Made by a program: the position numbers and the translations under genes | In this document: in pieces, positions 35,701 to 44,886 of the stretch | Position numbering within the stretch: position 1 is the stretch's first letter | Layout: every line of letters starts with the position of its first letter | Source: Candidatus Kaiserbacteria bacterium CG10_big_fil_rev_8_21_14_0_10_45_20 | Lineage (GTDB): Bacteria; Patescibacteriota; Minisyncoccia; Phycocordibacterales; Phycocordibacteraceae | Reading direction: 5' to 3' | DNA length: 61,224 nt | Assembly (NCBI GenBank): GCA_002773335.1 | Contig: PFBH01000001.1 | Span: forward strand, 1-61,224 | The notes under the pieces: model-generated | The model's database searches: none | Seen by the model: only the letters and a program-made list of their open reading frames with translations | Told to the model about the DNA's origin: nothing

Positions 35701-36645
35701 TTAGTATAACGCCACGCCTACCTTTTTGCGAACTGTCTCCATCTTCTTTGATGCAACTGTTCTGGCTTTCTCGGCACCATTTTTTAGTACAGAGAGAATC
35801 TCTTCATCAGAGATATTTTGGTACTTTTCTCGCATTGGTGCTATGTGGGCTTCAATATCTTCAACAAGAGACTCTTTGAGCGCTTTGTAATTTCCTTTAT
35901 TTTCTTCATACAGTTTTGTTAGCTCGTCTTCATTTCGATAGAGTGAGTGAATTGCGTACACATTTTTTGGCGTATCTCCTGAAGAGTCAGTCACGATACT
36001 CATAACAGCTTTTGCAATCGCATCTTTCGTTGCAAAGAGCGGGATGGTGTTGCCATAGCTCTTTGACATTTTCTCGCCGTTCACTCCGGGCACCGTTCCG
36101 ACACCCTTCAAAATTAATTCTTGTGGAGCTCTAAACTCTTCTGTCTCAAATGCACGATTAAATTTACCTCCCGCCTCTCTTGCGTACTCAATATGTTGAC
36201 GCTGGTCTTCTCCTACTGGTACAACCTCAGCGTCATACAGAAGGATGTCCGCTGCCATAAGCATTGGGTAGGTAAACAGTCCCGCGTTTGCCTCAAGGCC
36301 TTTCGCTACCTTATCTTTGTATGCGTGCGCTTGCTGAAGAAACGGTACGGACACTAGGCAGTTAAAAATCCATCCCAGCTCCATATGTTCGGGCACGTCT
36401 GACTGTTTAAAAAGAGTGGCTCTTTCCGGATCAACACCAATTGCAAGGTACACGCGAACCGCTTCAAGAATGTTACCACTGAGGGTTTTTGCGTCTTTAA
36501 TGCTGGTAAGCGCGTGGTAGTCGGCAACCATTAAAAAGCTGTCGTACTCTTCGTATGTATCAACAAACGGCTTCAGTGCCCCAAAATAATTTCCAATATG
36601 GAGCTGTCCTGAGGCCTGCAATCCCGTCAATAATCGCTTTTTCAT
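35701..36645 (-). CDS. trpS: tryptophanyl-tRNA synthetase
   Basis: SGQLHIGNY (HIGH) and KMSKS motifs. 314 aa. Confidence 0.9.
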   Translation of the reverse strand: MKKRLLTGLQASGQLHIGNYFGALKPFVDTYEEYDSFLMVADYHALTSIKDAKTLSGNILEAVRVYLAIGVDPERATLFKQSDVPEHMELGWIFNCLVSVPFLQQAHAYKDKVAKGLEANAGLFTYPMLMAADILLYDAEVVPVGEDQRQHIEYAREAGGKFNRAFETEEFRAPQELILKGVGTVPGVNGEKMSKSYGNTIPLFATKDAIAKAVMSIVTDSSGDTPKNVYAIHSLYRNEDELTKLYEENKGNYKALKESLVEDIEAHIAPMREKYQNISDEEILSVLKNGAEKARTVASKKMETVRKKVGVALY

Positions 36646-37071
36646 ATGGTGTATGGTAGCAGACGAGAACAGGGGCGTACAGACTTGAGCTACCTTCTAA
36701 CGCCCTAACGTAGAACCCTAATGTGGTTATTCTCTCATATTTGTACAGTTAACTGTACAAATCTTTGACAGAATAGTGTACAGAAGTACTCGTTACTGAC
36801 ATATCTAGAGTACTTTTTCTAAGTACTAATAACTAAAAACTAACCACTGTTTCGGTAGCTAACGCCTAACGTCCTAAAAACCTGACTCCCTGTTCTGTGT
36901 TTTGTGTTTTATTTGGACTCTGGTCCCTGTGCTTTGACAGTTTCCTCTCCTGTACTGTCTACCGACGTACCTTCTATTTCAGTACTGTTCTCTAAGCACT
37001 AACAACTAATAACTAAGCACTGGTTTTCAATGTCCTAATCACCTAAAGCCTAACTTCCTAATATCCTATTT
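36646..37071. repeat. 426-nt mosaic intergenic repeat region
   Basis: Core module on - (36941-36999), with extended homology (36881-36999) to 17213-17340. Several CTAA-word arrays are present. Confidence 0.85.
36739..36762. promoter_or_regulatory. perfect 24-bp palindrome ATTTGTACAGTTAACTGTACAAAT
   Basis: Self-complementary over all 24 positions. Lies about 95-115 nt upstream of trpS and 6 nt before a TTGACA hexamer. Confidence 0.4.
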
Positions 37072-38865
37072 TTACTCCTCTTCCTGCAAAAAGCCGCCCG
37101 CTTGATGATTCCAAAGCCGTGCATACACACCGTCTTTTTTGAGCAACTCTTCATGACTCCCCTCTTCAACAATTTTTCCGTCCTCTAAAATAAGCAAACG
37201 ATCCATCGCGCGAAGGGTTGATAGTCGGTGCGCGATTGCAATAACTGTCCTGCCTTCCATAAGGTTAAGGAGCGCTTTTTGCACCGCTGTCTCACTTTCA
37301 CTATCTAACGCGCTTGTAGCTTCATCAAGAAGCAAGATAGGAGCGTCCTTAAGTATCGCGCGTGCAATTGCAATACGCTGTCGTTGCCCTCCTGAAAGTT
37401 TCACTCCTCGTTCTCCAACCTTTGAATCATACCCTTCAGGAAGTTGCGTTATAAACTCATGTGTTTCAGCCAATTTTGCCGCGTGTAAGATGTCTTTTTT
37501 TGTTGCTCTCTCTTTTCCGTATGCGATGTTTTCTGAAATACTCCTATGGAATAAGAGTGGCTCTTGCGGAACAATAGCAATGTTTTTTCGCAGGCTTTCT
37601 TTGGTGATTTTTGAAACATTTTCCCCGTCTATCTCTATAGAGCCACCCTGCAGGTCAAAGTGTCGGAGTAGCAGTTTTGTTAAGGTAGTCTTCCCGGCAC
37701 CGCTCTTTCCCACTAAACCAACTTTTTGCCCAGCCGGAATAGAGAGTGAAAAGTTTTCAAATACAGAAACATTTCCGTACTGAAACGAGATATTTTTAAA
37801 CTCAATAGCACCCAAAGAAATAGAAAGTTTATTTGCGCCCTCCTCTTCAGCAACATCGTGATCCTGCAAAATGTCTTCCAACCCTTCTTTAATTTGACCC
37901 CAAATTTCACCAAGGTTAACAATGTCGTGATTAATAAAATCTAACCTTCCTTGAATAAGAAAGACTAAACTAATTAAAAGTACAATATCCCCGGGAGTAA
38001 TGATACCCTGCAGTGACAAGAAGCCTGCGGTAAAGAGCATTCCTCCAACAAATATAATTTCAAGCAGACCATTAAAAGTAATTGCCATTTCAGCAAACAT
38101 CCAGTTTTTTCTTCCGGCAAGGCGTCTATCATTAATATACGTTCGTAATTGTTTCAATTCAAAAGTCCGCCGTGCGTACTCGTGCATAGCGGTAATATTT
38201 GTTAAAAGATCAACAGACCTGCCGGCGAGTCTGGTTTCGGTTTCCTCTGCGTGCATAGAAAGAGGAATGCGCTTTTTCGCCAAGTGCAGATTTAACACCA
38301 ACGTAAAGAGGATCCAAAAGAATATCAATATAGCAAAAGCTGGGTTTGCAATAAAAGCAACAATCAATGCCGAGATGATAGTGACGACAAAATTTAAAAG
38401 ACCCCACACGATTGTTCTGGTAAGCCCGCCGATAGCGTTAGACGCTTTTGCTATTTTGTTTGCAATGGATCCCGCAAATCGTTTCGAAAAATAATCGTGA
38501 CTGTGTTTTGTTACATAGGCATTAAGTGCGTCTCGTGCGGTTGCGCGTGCTCCTGTCGTCCAGTACATAACGGCAAAACCGGACGTCCTCCACAGAGTTG
38601 TTTGTACTATCGCAACACCAACATACAGTCCAATTGCCACAAAAAGCCCTTGGTACGAGCCTCCCGTTTGAATTTGGGTCGCATTATCAACAATGAGCTT
38701 AAAAACATATGGCACTACCGAGCCTAGCGTCGCACCTAAAATAACTGCCAAAAAGGCGATGACCATTGCAATCTGGTGCGGTTTTGAAACAAACCACAAA
38801 AACGCCAGCGGATTACTGTTTTGCGGTAACTGCTCTTTTCTCCATAAAAATTCAAAGCTTTTCAT
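37072..38865 (-). CDS. ABC exporter, fused permease/ATPase (MsbA-like)
   Basis: Six TM helices, Walker A GKSGAGKT, signature LSGGQRQR and Walker B LLLDEATS. Confidence 0.85.
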   Translation of the reverse strand: MKSFEFLWRKEQLPQNSNPLAFLWFVSKPHQIAMVIAFLAVILGATLGSVVPYVFKLIVDNATQIQTGGSYQGLFVAIGLYVGVAIVQTTLWRTSGFAVMYWTTGARATARDALNAYVTKHSHDYFSKRFAGSIANKIAKASNAIGGLTRTIVWGLLNFVVTIISALIVAFIANPAFAILIFFWILFTLVLNLHLAKKRIPLSMHAEETETRLAGRSVDLLTNITAMHEYARRTFELKQLRTYINDRRLAGRKNWMFAEMAITFNGLLEIIFVGGMLFTAGFLSLQGIITPGDIVLLISLVFLIQGRLDFINHDIVNLGEIWGQIKEGLEDILQDHDVAEEEGANKLSISLGAIEFKNISFQYGNVSVFENFSLSIPAGQKVGLVGKSGAGKTTLTKLLLRHFDLQGGSIEIDGENVSKITKESLRKNIAIVPQEPLLFHRSISENIAYGKERATKKDILHAAKLAETHEFITQLPEGYDSKVGERGVKLSGGQRQRIAIARAILKDAPILLLDEATSALDSESETAVQKALLNLMEGRTVIAIAHRLSTLRAMDRLLILEDGKIVEEGSHEELLKKDGVYARLWNHQAGGFLQEEE

Positions 38866-38886
38866 ACTTTATATTATTCCACGTTC

Positions 38887-38919
38887 AAAAACGAGAAAAT
38901 CCGCAGGTGTCCCCTGCGG
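38887..38919 (-). terminator. intrinsic terminator ending the long - strand gene string
   Basis: CCGCAGG-GGACA-CCTGCGG followed by AUUUUCUCGUUUUU on the - strand. Confidence 0.65.
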
Positions 38920-39016
38920 TTCGTGCCGGTATCCCGTAGCACAGTGACGATTATATACCATTTTATTTTTAAGTACAAATTAAAAAGCGTTGTCGTCTTT
39001 TTATCACTAATTGGAA

Positions 39017-39709
39017 CTATATCGTCTCTTCATTTTCATTGCGAGTCGAAACAAGCATAATGACTGTTAAAAATGACGCAACAAAAAATAAAAAGACACT
39101 CAAAAATACTTGCCACGGCTCGTTTCCTATAAACCCAACAAATCCGGCAATACCCAAAAGTACTCCGTCAAACCCTAAGACAAGCATTTTATAATTTTGC
39201 GTTTTGTATTGCAGAAGAAACGCGTCTCGAAAGAAGACGAGTGCCCAAAACAGTCCATAGCATAGCGCAGAGTAGGCCAAAATCAGAGACGCGAGCGGAT
39301 CGGTATACCAACGGACAATATCGTTACCAATGACGGGTGTTTTGTAGGTAGAAACTAAAATCCAAAGAGTAACCAGAGACGCGAGTGCTATTCCTATAAA
39401 AATGTAGCGACTGGTTAATTTTAACCAACCACTGGAAAGGGTGTTTTGTACGGGGATACTTACCAAGATTACGGCAAATACAGACATAAGAGCAATAATG
39501 CGAGAGATACCGGCAATATGCACATTATCTAATGCAAATAAAACAGGTATAGAATTAAAAACCCCATAGACACTCAAAAGTAAAAAGGTGAACATTAAAA
39601 AAAGTAAAGTTCTATTATTTGATGCTTTGTACGATTTGTATACAAAAAAAGCGACTCCTAAAGAAAGGAGTCCTGAGACAAGATGCAATAAAATATAGGC
39701 TATGGGCAT
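39017..39709 (-). CDS. stand-alone polytopic membrane protein resembling the kinase 7TM sensor region
   Basis: About 7 TM helices. The segment after TM1 (YKASNNRTLLFLMFTFLLLS) parallels SRNRKNTTNQSFFFLSLAVS of the adjacent kinase. Confidence 0.5.
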   Translation of the reverse strand: MPIAYILLHLVSGLLSLGVAFFVYKSYKASNNRTLLFLMFTFLLLSVYGVFNSIPVLFALDNVHIAGISRIIALMSVFAVILVSIPVQNTLSSGWLKLTSRYIFIGIALASLVTLWILVSTYKTPVIGNDIVRWYTDPLASLILAYSALCYGLFWALVFFRDAFLLQYKTQNYKMLVLGFDGVLLGIAGFVGFIGNEPWQVFLSVFLFFVASFLTVIMLVSTRNENEETI

Positions 39710-39740
39710 ACACCGCTAATAATCAAGTTACTACATAGTA

Positions 39741-41408
39741 CTATAAATCGTTTGCAAATTTATGCACAGTTGCCTCTCCGGGAGTCAGTGTAATAGGAAA
39801 TTCCACATAAAATCGCGAGCCCTTCCCTTCTCCTGCAGACTCTACCCACACGTTGCCCCCATGTGCCTCTACGTGTTTTTTTACAACGTACAGCCCGACA
39901 CCCGTTGATGATGGGTTTATCTTTCTTGAAAATTGACCGGGACTAAAGAGCTTAAAGAGGTTCTTCTTCGTCTCTTCGGTAATACCGACGCCGGTATCTT
40001 GAATCACAACACGCGCGGTGCTCTCTCCTCCTTCAATAAACACCTTTATAGATCCCTTTGGGGTGTATTTGATAGAGTTATCAATAAGGTTGTTAAACAC
40101 TTCTCTCAAGCGCCCCACATCGGCTTTAATGGGAATTTTTTGTATACCGGATGGAACATAGAAAGAGAGATCTAGGTGCTTCTGTTCAGCATTTGCCTTC
40201 ATTCCTTCTACACTCTCAGAAACGAGCTTCACAAGGTCGGCGGGGGCAAAATCGTACTTCATACTTCCTTGTTCAATACGAGAAACATTTAGGTAGTCAT
40301 CAACCATTTGCGCCATTTCTGTTGCTCGCCCAAAAACCTGCCGCACACCCTCTTCAGCCGCTGGAGGAAGTTTTCCATACGTGTCTTCAAGGAGGAGCGA
40401 CATAAAGTTTCTAATTGAAGAAAGTGGAGCCCTCAGGTCATGAGATGCGATAGAGAGAAACTGCGACTTCAGTTTGTCCAGCTCCTTTAACTTCACGTTT
40501 GCATCTTGTAGCTTTTTAGCCAATTTCTCTACTTCTGTACGAGCCTCTACTTCACGAATGACACTTCTAATAAGTAATATACCTATCACAAAAGAACCAA
40601 AGAATATACCTGTAGCAAGTAATCTTTCTTGTAATGTTTGAGCAATAAATATTTGAGTGAAAAGGGTTAACTCTAACACAACAACAAAGATCTCTGTTGC
40701 AATCACGCTTACACTAAAGAGGTGGTGTTTTAAGATTGAATATAATATGAAGGTAATCATTGCCAACACTCCAATTTGTCCAACCCAATTAAAAGTGAAA
40801 ATATTAAAATACGGTAAAAGGAGATTGGTAACCACACCAGTTGCTGTTGTGGCAAGTGTTCCTATTAAAATATACGTTAATTGAATTCTTAATATTCCTT
40901 TGGTTTTTAGGAGTTTTGAAAAAAGAATGACATACACCCACGAAAAGTATCCAACAATAAAAAGTATATAAACTGAATGTAGTAAAAAATTAAAAGAAAT
41001 GCTTGGCTCAGCTCCTTGCGTAAGCGTTACATCTTCTATTAATCCCCCATAGGGGAGAAGCGTAATAATTAATATTGTAATAAAAGGAAGTGGAACAATA
41101 TTTTTTTCAAAGAAAGATAAAAAGCGTTTTTCTTCTGGAAAAAGTCGCGCAAAGTAAACAGATGCAAATGGAATAAGAGCTGCGGTAGCATATAACGCTC
41201 GAGCCCCCCACACTGCTAAATCAGGATCGTGTGCCCCTCTCAGAAAAAGCATTGCTATACCCCACGAGCTTACTGCAAGAGAAAGAAAGAAGAATGATTG
41301 ATTAGTGGTGTTTTTTCGGTTACGAGAAAAGACAATAAGCCCATAGAGGGTGTTGAGAACCGCAACGGTTGCGATTAAAATATTTATAATGTCAGCATCA
41401 AATACCAT
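39741..41408 (-). CDS. sensor histidine kinase with N-terminal 7TM region
   Basis: H-box SHDLRAPL, N-box NLIDNSIKYT, and G boxes DTGVGI and GVGLYVV. Confidence 0.85.
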   Translation of the reverse strand: MVFDADIINILIATVAVLNTLYGLIVFSRNRKNTTNQSFFFLSLAVSSWGIAMLFLRGAHDPDLAVWGARALYATAALIPFASVYFARLFPEEKRFLSFFEKNIVPLPFITILIITLLPYGGLIEDVTLTQGAEPSISFNFLLHSVYILFIVGYFSWVYVILFSKLLKTKGILRIQLTYILIGTLATTATGVVTNLLLPYFNIFTFNWVGQIGVLAMITFILYSILKHHLFSVSVIATEIFVVVLELTLFTQIFIAQTLQERLLATGIFFGSFVIGILLIRSVIREVEARTEVEKLAKKLQDANVKLKELDKLKSQFLSIASHDLRAPLSSIRNFMSLLLEDTYGKLPPAAEEGVRQVFGRATEMAQMVDDYLNVSRIEQGSMKYDFAPADLVKLVSESVEGMKANAEQKHLDLSFYVPSGIQKIPIKADVGRLREVFNNLIDNSIKYTPKGSIKVFIEGGESTARVVIQDTGVGITEETKKNLFKLFSPGQFSRKINPSSTGVGLYVVKKHVEAHGGNVWVESAGEGKGSRFYVEFPITLTPGEATVHKFANDL

Positions 41409-41417
41409 GTCGTACTG

Positions 41418-42578
41418 CTAGGTATTGTATCTTTTTTTTCGAACAGTAGCTACGCGATTTATTTTTTCTTGAGGAATAAGTTCTTTTCTGTTTTGAAATG
41501 CACCAAGTTCGAAGTTTAATTCTTTACCCCACTCTACTATTTGGTCAACAAACTCAAGAGTTGTTTTTTTTATAACAAAATTTGATTTCCATTCGTTCGC
41601 TGCGAGTATAAGAACTTCTGCCATACAACAAAAATTATCAAATTTATTTTTCAGTCCGAGATTAAAATTACTACATATACCAGGTGTTGAAACAATACCA
41701 GCCTCTACTGCCATAACATCAGAACGTTCAAGTACATCATACGCAACGTCAGATGGTTGAGCGTCATCAATAACTACAGCACCTGGTTTGAGCATACTGG
41801 CTGTAATTAAGGCCTCAGGCGTATTTGTTGCTGCAATAATAAAGTCTGCAGTAATAATCTCTTTCACATCATACGCAACCCGAACACTGGTAGTAGGAAA
41901 TTCTTTTAACAATTTTCTCTGTGTCTCTTCAACTCGTTCTCTTTTTCTATGAACGTCAATAAGTAAAATATTTTTATAACCCCTTCGAGCGATAATTTCT
42001 GCAGAAATTGAACCTATTGAACCAGCGGCACCCACAATTGCAACCACTTCACTTTCTTTATTTATACCCAATGCTTCTTCTAGGTTAAATAAATTTCTTG
42101 TGACGTTATATCCGGTATACGCGTGTCCTGTGGTGATCCATATACCTTCAATGTCTAACAGGTCTTCCCCGCCACGTGTTATTGAGGCAGTTAATGCTCC
42201 CAAGCCAACAATTTTAATACCCATTCGTTTAGCAAGAGTAATAGATTGCCTAATTCGTTTTACCGCTAATGGTCTATTTGCAAGTATTTGTTTTGTGATA
42301 AGTGGAATAGTAAGTATGTAGCCGTCAATCTCGTCTTGAGATTTAATTTTTTTTAAACCAGTGATTTTTGTCACAACAACCGGCCAATACCAACGCGTAA
42401 AAAACCTAATTAACCAATACGGAGCAAAAGAGAGAAATGGATATTTCGTTATTACATCTCTCTCATCTCTTGGGTGGATAAGAAAACCATAACGGTATTC
42501 TTTTTTGTGCAGATAGATAGGAAAGATTTGTAAAAAAAGATCACGAAACGGCCTGTAAATAGATTTCAGTATTTTCAT
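41418..42578 (-). CDS. acyl-ACP reductase (AAR)-like NAD(P)-binding thioester reductase
   Basis: Collinear by eye with cyanobacterial AAR as I recall it: GFLIHP, GLGALTASI, TTGHAYT, VGAAGSIGS, ADFIIAATN, the conserved Cys in PGICSNF and CMAEVLILAANEW. Confidence 0.5.
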   Translation of the reverse strand: MKILKSIYRPFRDLFLQIFPIYLHKKEYRYGFLIHPRDERDVITKYPFLSFAPYWLIRFFTRWYWPVVVTKITGLKKIKSQDEIDGYILTIPLITKQILANRPLAVKRIRQSITLAKRMGIKIVGLGALTASITRGGEDLLDIEGIWITTGHAYTGYNVTRNLFNLEEALGINKESEVVAIVGAAGSIGSISAEIIARRGYKNILLIDVHRKRERVEETQRKLLKEFPTTSVRVAYDVKEIITADFIIAATNTPEALITASMLKPGAVVIDDAQPSDVAYDVLERSDVMAVEAGIVSTPGICSNFNLGLKNKFDNFCCMAEVLILAANEWKSNFVIKKTTLEFVDQIVEWGKELNFELGAFQNRKELIPQEKINRVATVRKKRYNT

Positions 42579-43267
42579 ATAGATACTACTGGCTCAGATT
42601 TTGCTTCACGTAATACATTTAATACTTTTTCTCCAAAATTGCGATAGTGAGTAACAAGCTCATCTCCCTTTAAGGTAAAATCTTCCTTTAAATAGAGCGG
42701 AGGAAAAAAACGAATAGTTATTGTATTCTTTCTAAGTAAAAAATGTTTAAACGAGAGTTTGAATGTTCCTGTAATGAGTATTGGTATAACGGGAGCAGCG
42801 GTAGTAGATGCAAGGTACCCCACACCTCCCTTTGCCTGTCGAATTAAGCCGTCTTTTGTTGTACCTCCTTCGGGAAATATACACATACTACCCATCTCTT
42901 TAATGATAACCTCATGGGTTTTTAGAGAAAGGGCATAATTTTTTTTATCATGACTAATTGGATATGCTCCAATGTGTTTTAAATTAAAGAAAGTAAATAA
43001 AAACTTCTTCCAGCCTTCATATCGGATACCTTCTCGAGTTACATAAAAGACCGGAGAGAATCTACTCCATAAAGGTAGGGCTAGAGGTATTAAAACAGCA
43101 TCAACTGCGTGCGAATGATTCGGGGCAAATATGATTGATGGAGGTAGTTTTTTTAAATGTTCATATCCTTGCACATTGAACTTAGTGAAAATATGAAAAA
43201 TGGGTTTAGTTACTAACCACCACAGTGTTCCTTGTAACAAAAATGGCATTATCCGATATCTTCTCAT
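42575..43267 (-). CDS. PlsC-family lysophospholipid acyltransferase
   Basis: NHSHAVD (HX4D) and FPEGGTT motifs, plus an N-terminal TM helix. 4-nt overlap with the downstream gene. Confidence 0.75.
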   Translation of the reverse strand: MRRYRIMPFLLQGTLWWLVTKPIFHIFTKFNVQGYEHLKKLPPSIIFAPNHSHAVDAVLIPLALPLWSRFSPVFYVTREGIRYEGWKKFLFTFFNLKHIGAYPISHDKKNYALSLKTHEVIIKEMGSMCIFPEGGTTKDGLIRQAKGGVGYLASTTAAPVIPILITGTFKLSFKHFLLRKNTITIRFFPPLYLKEDFTLKGDELVTHYRNFGEKVLNVLREAKSEPVVSI

Positions 43268-43280
43268 ACCTTTTATGCTC

Positions 43281-43784
43281 TTACCTACTAAAGAAAAACA
43301 CTCCCACTATGGGGGCTACCATCCACAAAAAGAACGCTTGAGAGGATTCAAACAATGCCTTGGTTGCGCCACTAAAGGTGTATAGAGACTCAACAGGAAG
43401 GATATGAATTGCTATGGCAATTACCATACCCGCGGTAATTGCAGAGAGGATAACCAATCCTATAAGCCCCCCTCCTGACGTAGGAAACACGGAAGAGAGG
43501 CCTGAAAAGGCTACCATGGTAAGAACGACTATAAGAAGGTAGAAGCTTATTTGCAGAAGAGGGGTCGTTAAAATCCCCTCTTCATAGGGAAATATTTGAT
43601 ACAGCGGGATGGCAATATAAAGCCCTGCAATAAGCGGGGCTATCCTCTCTCGTCCAAAATAAAAAGTAAAAGCAACAACAATGGCAGTAAGTACAATGAA
43701 CGCTAAAAATTCACTACCAAAGTGAATAAAAAAATTAAGCACTGAGTCAAGGTTTCCACCTAAGTCGGTTTGTATGTCTTCCAT
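43281..43784 (-). CDS. hypothetical polytopic membrane protein (167 aa)
   Basis: ORF track. About 5 TM helices and no recognisable motif. Confidence 0.5.
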   Translation of the reverse strand: MEDIQTDLGGNLDSVLNFFIHFGSEFLAFIVLTAIVVAFTFYFGRERIAPLIAGLYIAIPLYQIFPYEEGILTTPLLQISFYLLIVVLTMVAFSGLSSVFPTSGGGLIGLVILSAITAGMVIAIAIHILPVESLYTFSGATKALFESSQAFFLWMVAPIVGVFFFSR

Positions 43785-43804
43785 ACAAAAAAACTATAGC
43801 ACAG

Positions 43805-44884
43805 TTATATGCCCTCCTCTTTGAGTTTTTCTACAAAACCTTTCGCAGACTTGGATAGTTTTTGTGGAAACTCAACTTTCAAACGAATTAATAGGTCGCC
43901 ACGCCTTCCCGATTCCATTGGAACTCCTTTTCCTTTTATACGAAGAATTTCGTCAGCACTTCGCAATTGTGGAATGGTAATTTTTGTCTTTCCGTCTAAT
44001 GTCTCAAGTGTGTATTCAGATCCAAGAAGAGCGTCAGTAATTTTAATTGAAAGATCGGTAACGAGGTTAAAGCCTTCTTTATGGTAACGCTCATCGGGGG
44101 TTACGTGTACTTTGATGTACAAATCCCCTGCTCTTCCACCAGCAACAGCTTCGCCCGCACCTGCCATACGAATAACTTGCCCATTATCAATACCAGATGG
44201 AATAGCAATGCTGATCTCTTCTTCTCGGCGTTCAACGCCGGATCCCTTACAGGTTGTGCATGGTTTTTCAGGTACCACGCGCCTTCCATGGCAGGTATTG
44301 CAGGTAGACACTGTTTGAAATACACCAAACGGTGATTTTCGAGACTCCATTACCTGACCCTTTCCATTACAGGTGGTGCATGTTTTAGTGCCGGTTTTAG
44401 GCTCTGCTCCAGATCCTGCACAACGGGTGCAAGCGCTGTCTTTTGTAATAAGAACCTTTCGTGTCACGCCAAATATTGACTCTTTAAACGAAAGTTCAAT
44501 ATCAATTGAGATATCTCTTCCTCTCTGTGTCCTTTGTCCGCCACCAAAAATATCAGAGAAGCCACCAAACAAGTCGTCAATATTTACGTCAAAACCCTGT
44601 GCTCCGCCAAATCCGTTGAATTGAGAGAAATCAAATCCGTCAAAGCCAGCGCCTCCAGGTTGCCCTCCAGCACCAGAAAAGACCCGTCCATACGAATCGT
44701 ACTCTGCGCGCTTTTTATCGTCAGAAAGTACGGTGTACGCCTCGTTTGCCTCTTTAAATTTGACTTCATCACCCCCCTTTTTATCCGGGTGGTACTTATG
44801 TGCCATTTTTCTAAAAGCTTTCTTTATCTCTTCTTTTGAAGCTTTCTTTTCAACACCAAGAATTTGGTAGTAGTCTTTTGACAT
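43805..44884 (-). CDS. dnaJ: chaperone DnaJ
   Basis: J domain with HPD, a G/F region and four CxxCxG repeats. Confidence 0.9.
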   Translation of the reverse strand: MSKDYYQILGVEKKASKEEIKKAFRKMAHKYHPDKKGGDEVKFKEANEAYTVLSDDKKRAEYDSYGRVFSGAGGQPGGAGFDGFDFSQFNGFGGAQGFDVNIDDLFGGFSDIFGGGQRTQRGRDISIDIELSFKESIFGVTRKVLITKDSACTRCAGSGAEPKTGTKTCTTCNGKGQVMESRKSPFGVFQTVSTCNTCHGRRVVPEKPCTTCKGSGVERREEEISIAIPSGIDNGQVIRMAGAGEAVAGGRAGDLYIKVHVTPDERYHKEGFNLVTDLSIKITDALLGSEYTLETLDGKTKITIPQLRSADEILRIKGKGVPMESGRRGDLLIRLKVEFPQKLSKSAKGFVEKLKEEGI

Positions 44885-44886
44885 AG

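Noticed and set aside
15567-37071. The recurrent intergenic repeats read as a CRISPR array or arrays.
   Set aside because: There is no constant-length repeat/spacer periodicity. The copies are scattered between genes in both orientations, and no cas genes are in the window.
36646-37071. The long spacer upstream of trpS read as a T-box leader.
   Set aside because: No T-box consensus (AANNNGGGTGGNACCGCG-like) or specifier/antiterminator architecture is found on the - strand. The spacer is accounted for by repeat modules.
38000-38494. 164-aa + ORF opposite the ABC exporter. Similar cases are 54406..54924 (opposite alaS), 33192..33623 (opposite pepA), 14085..14492 (opposite the S41 protease) and 1796..2146 (opposite gtrA).
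   Set aside because: All are shadow ORFs nested in well-supported genes on the other strand, with no start-site signals or recognisable motifs.
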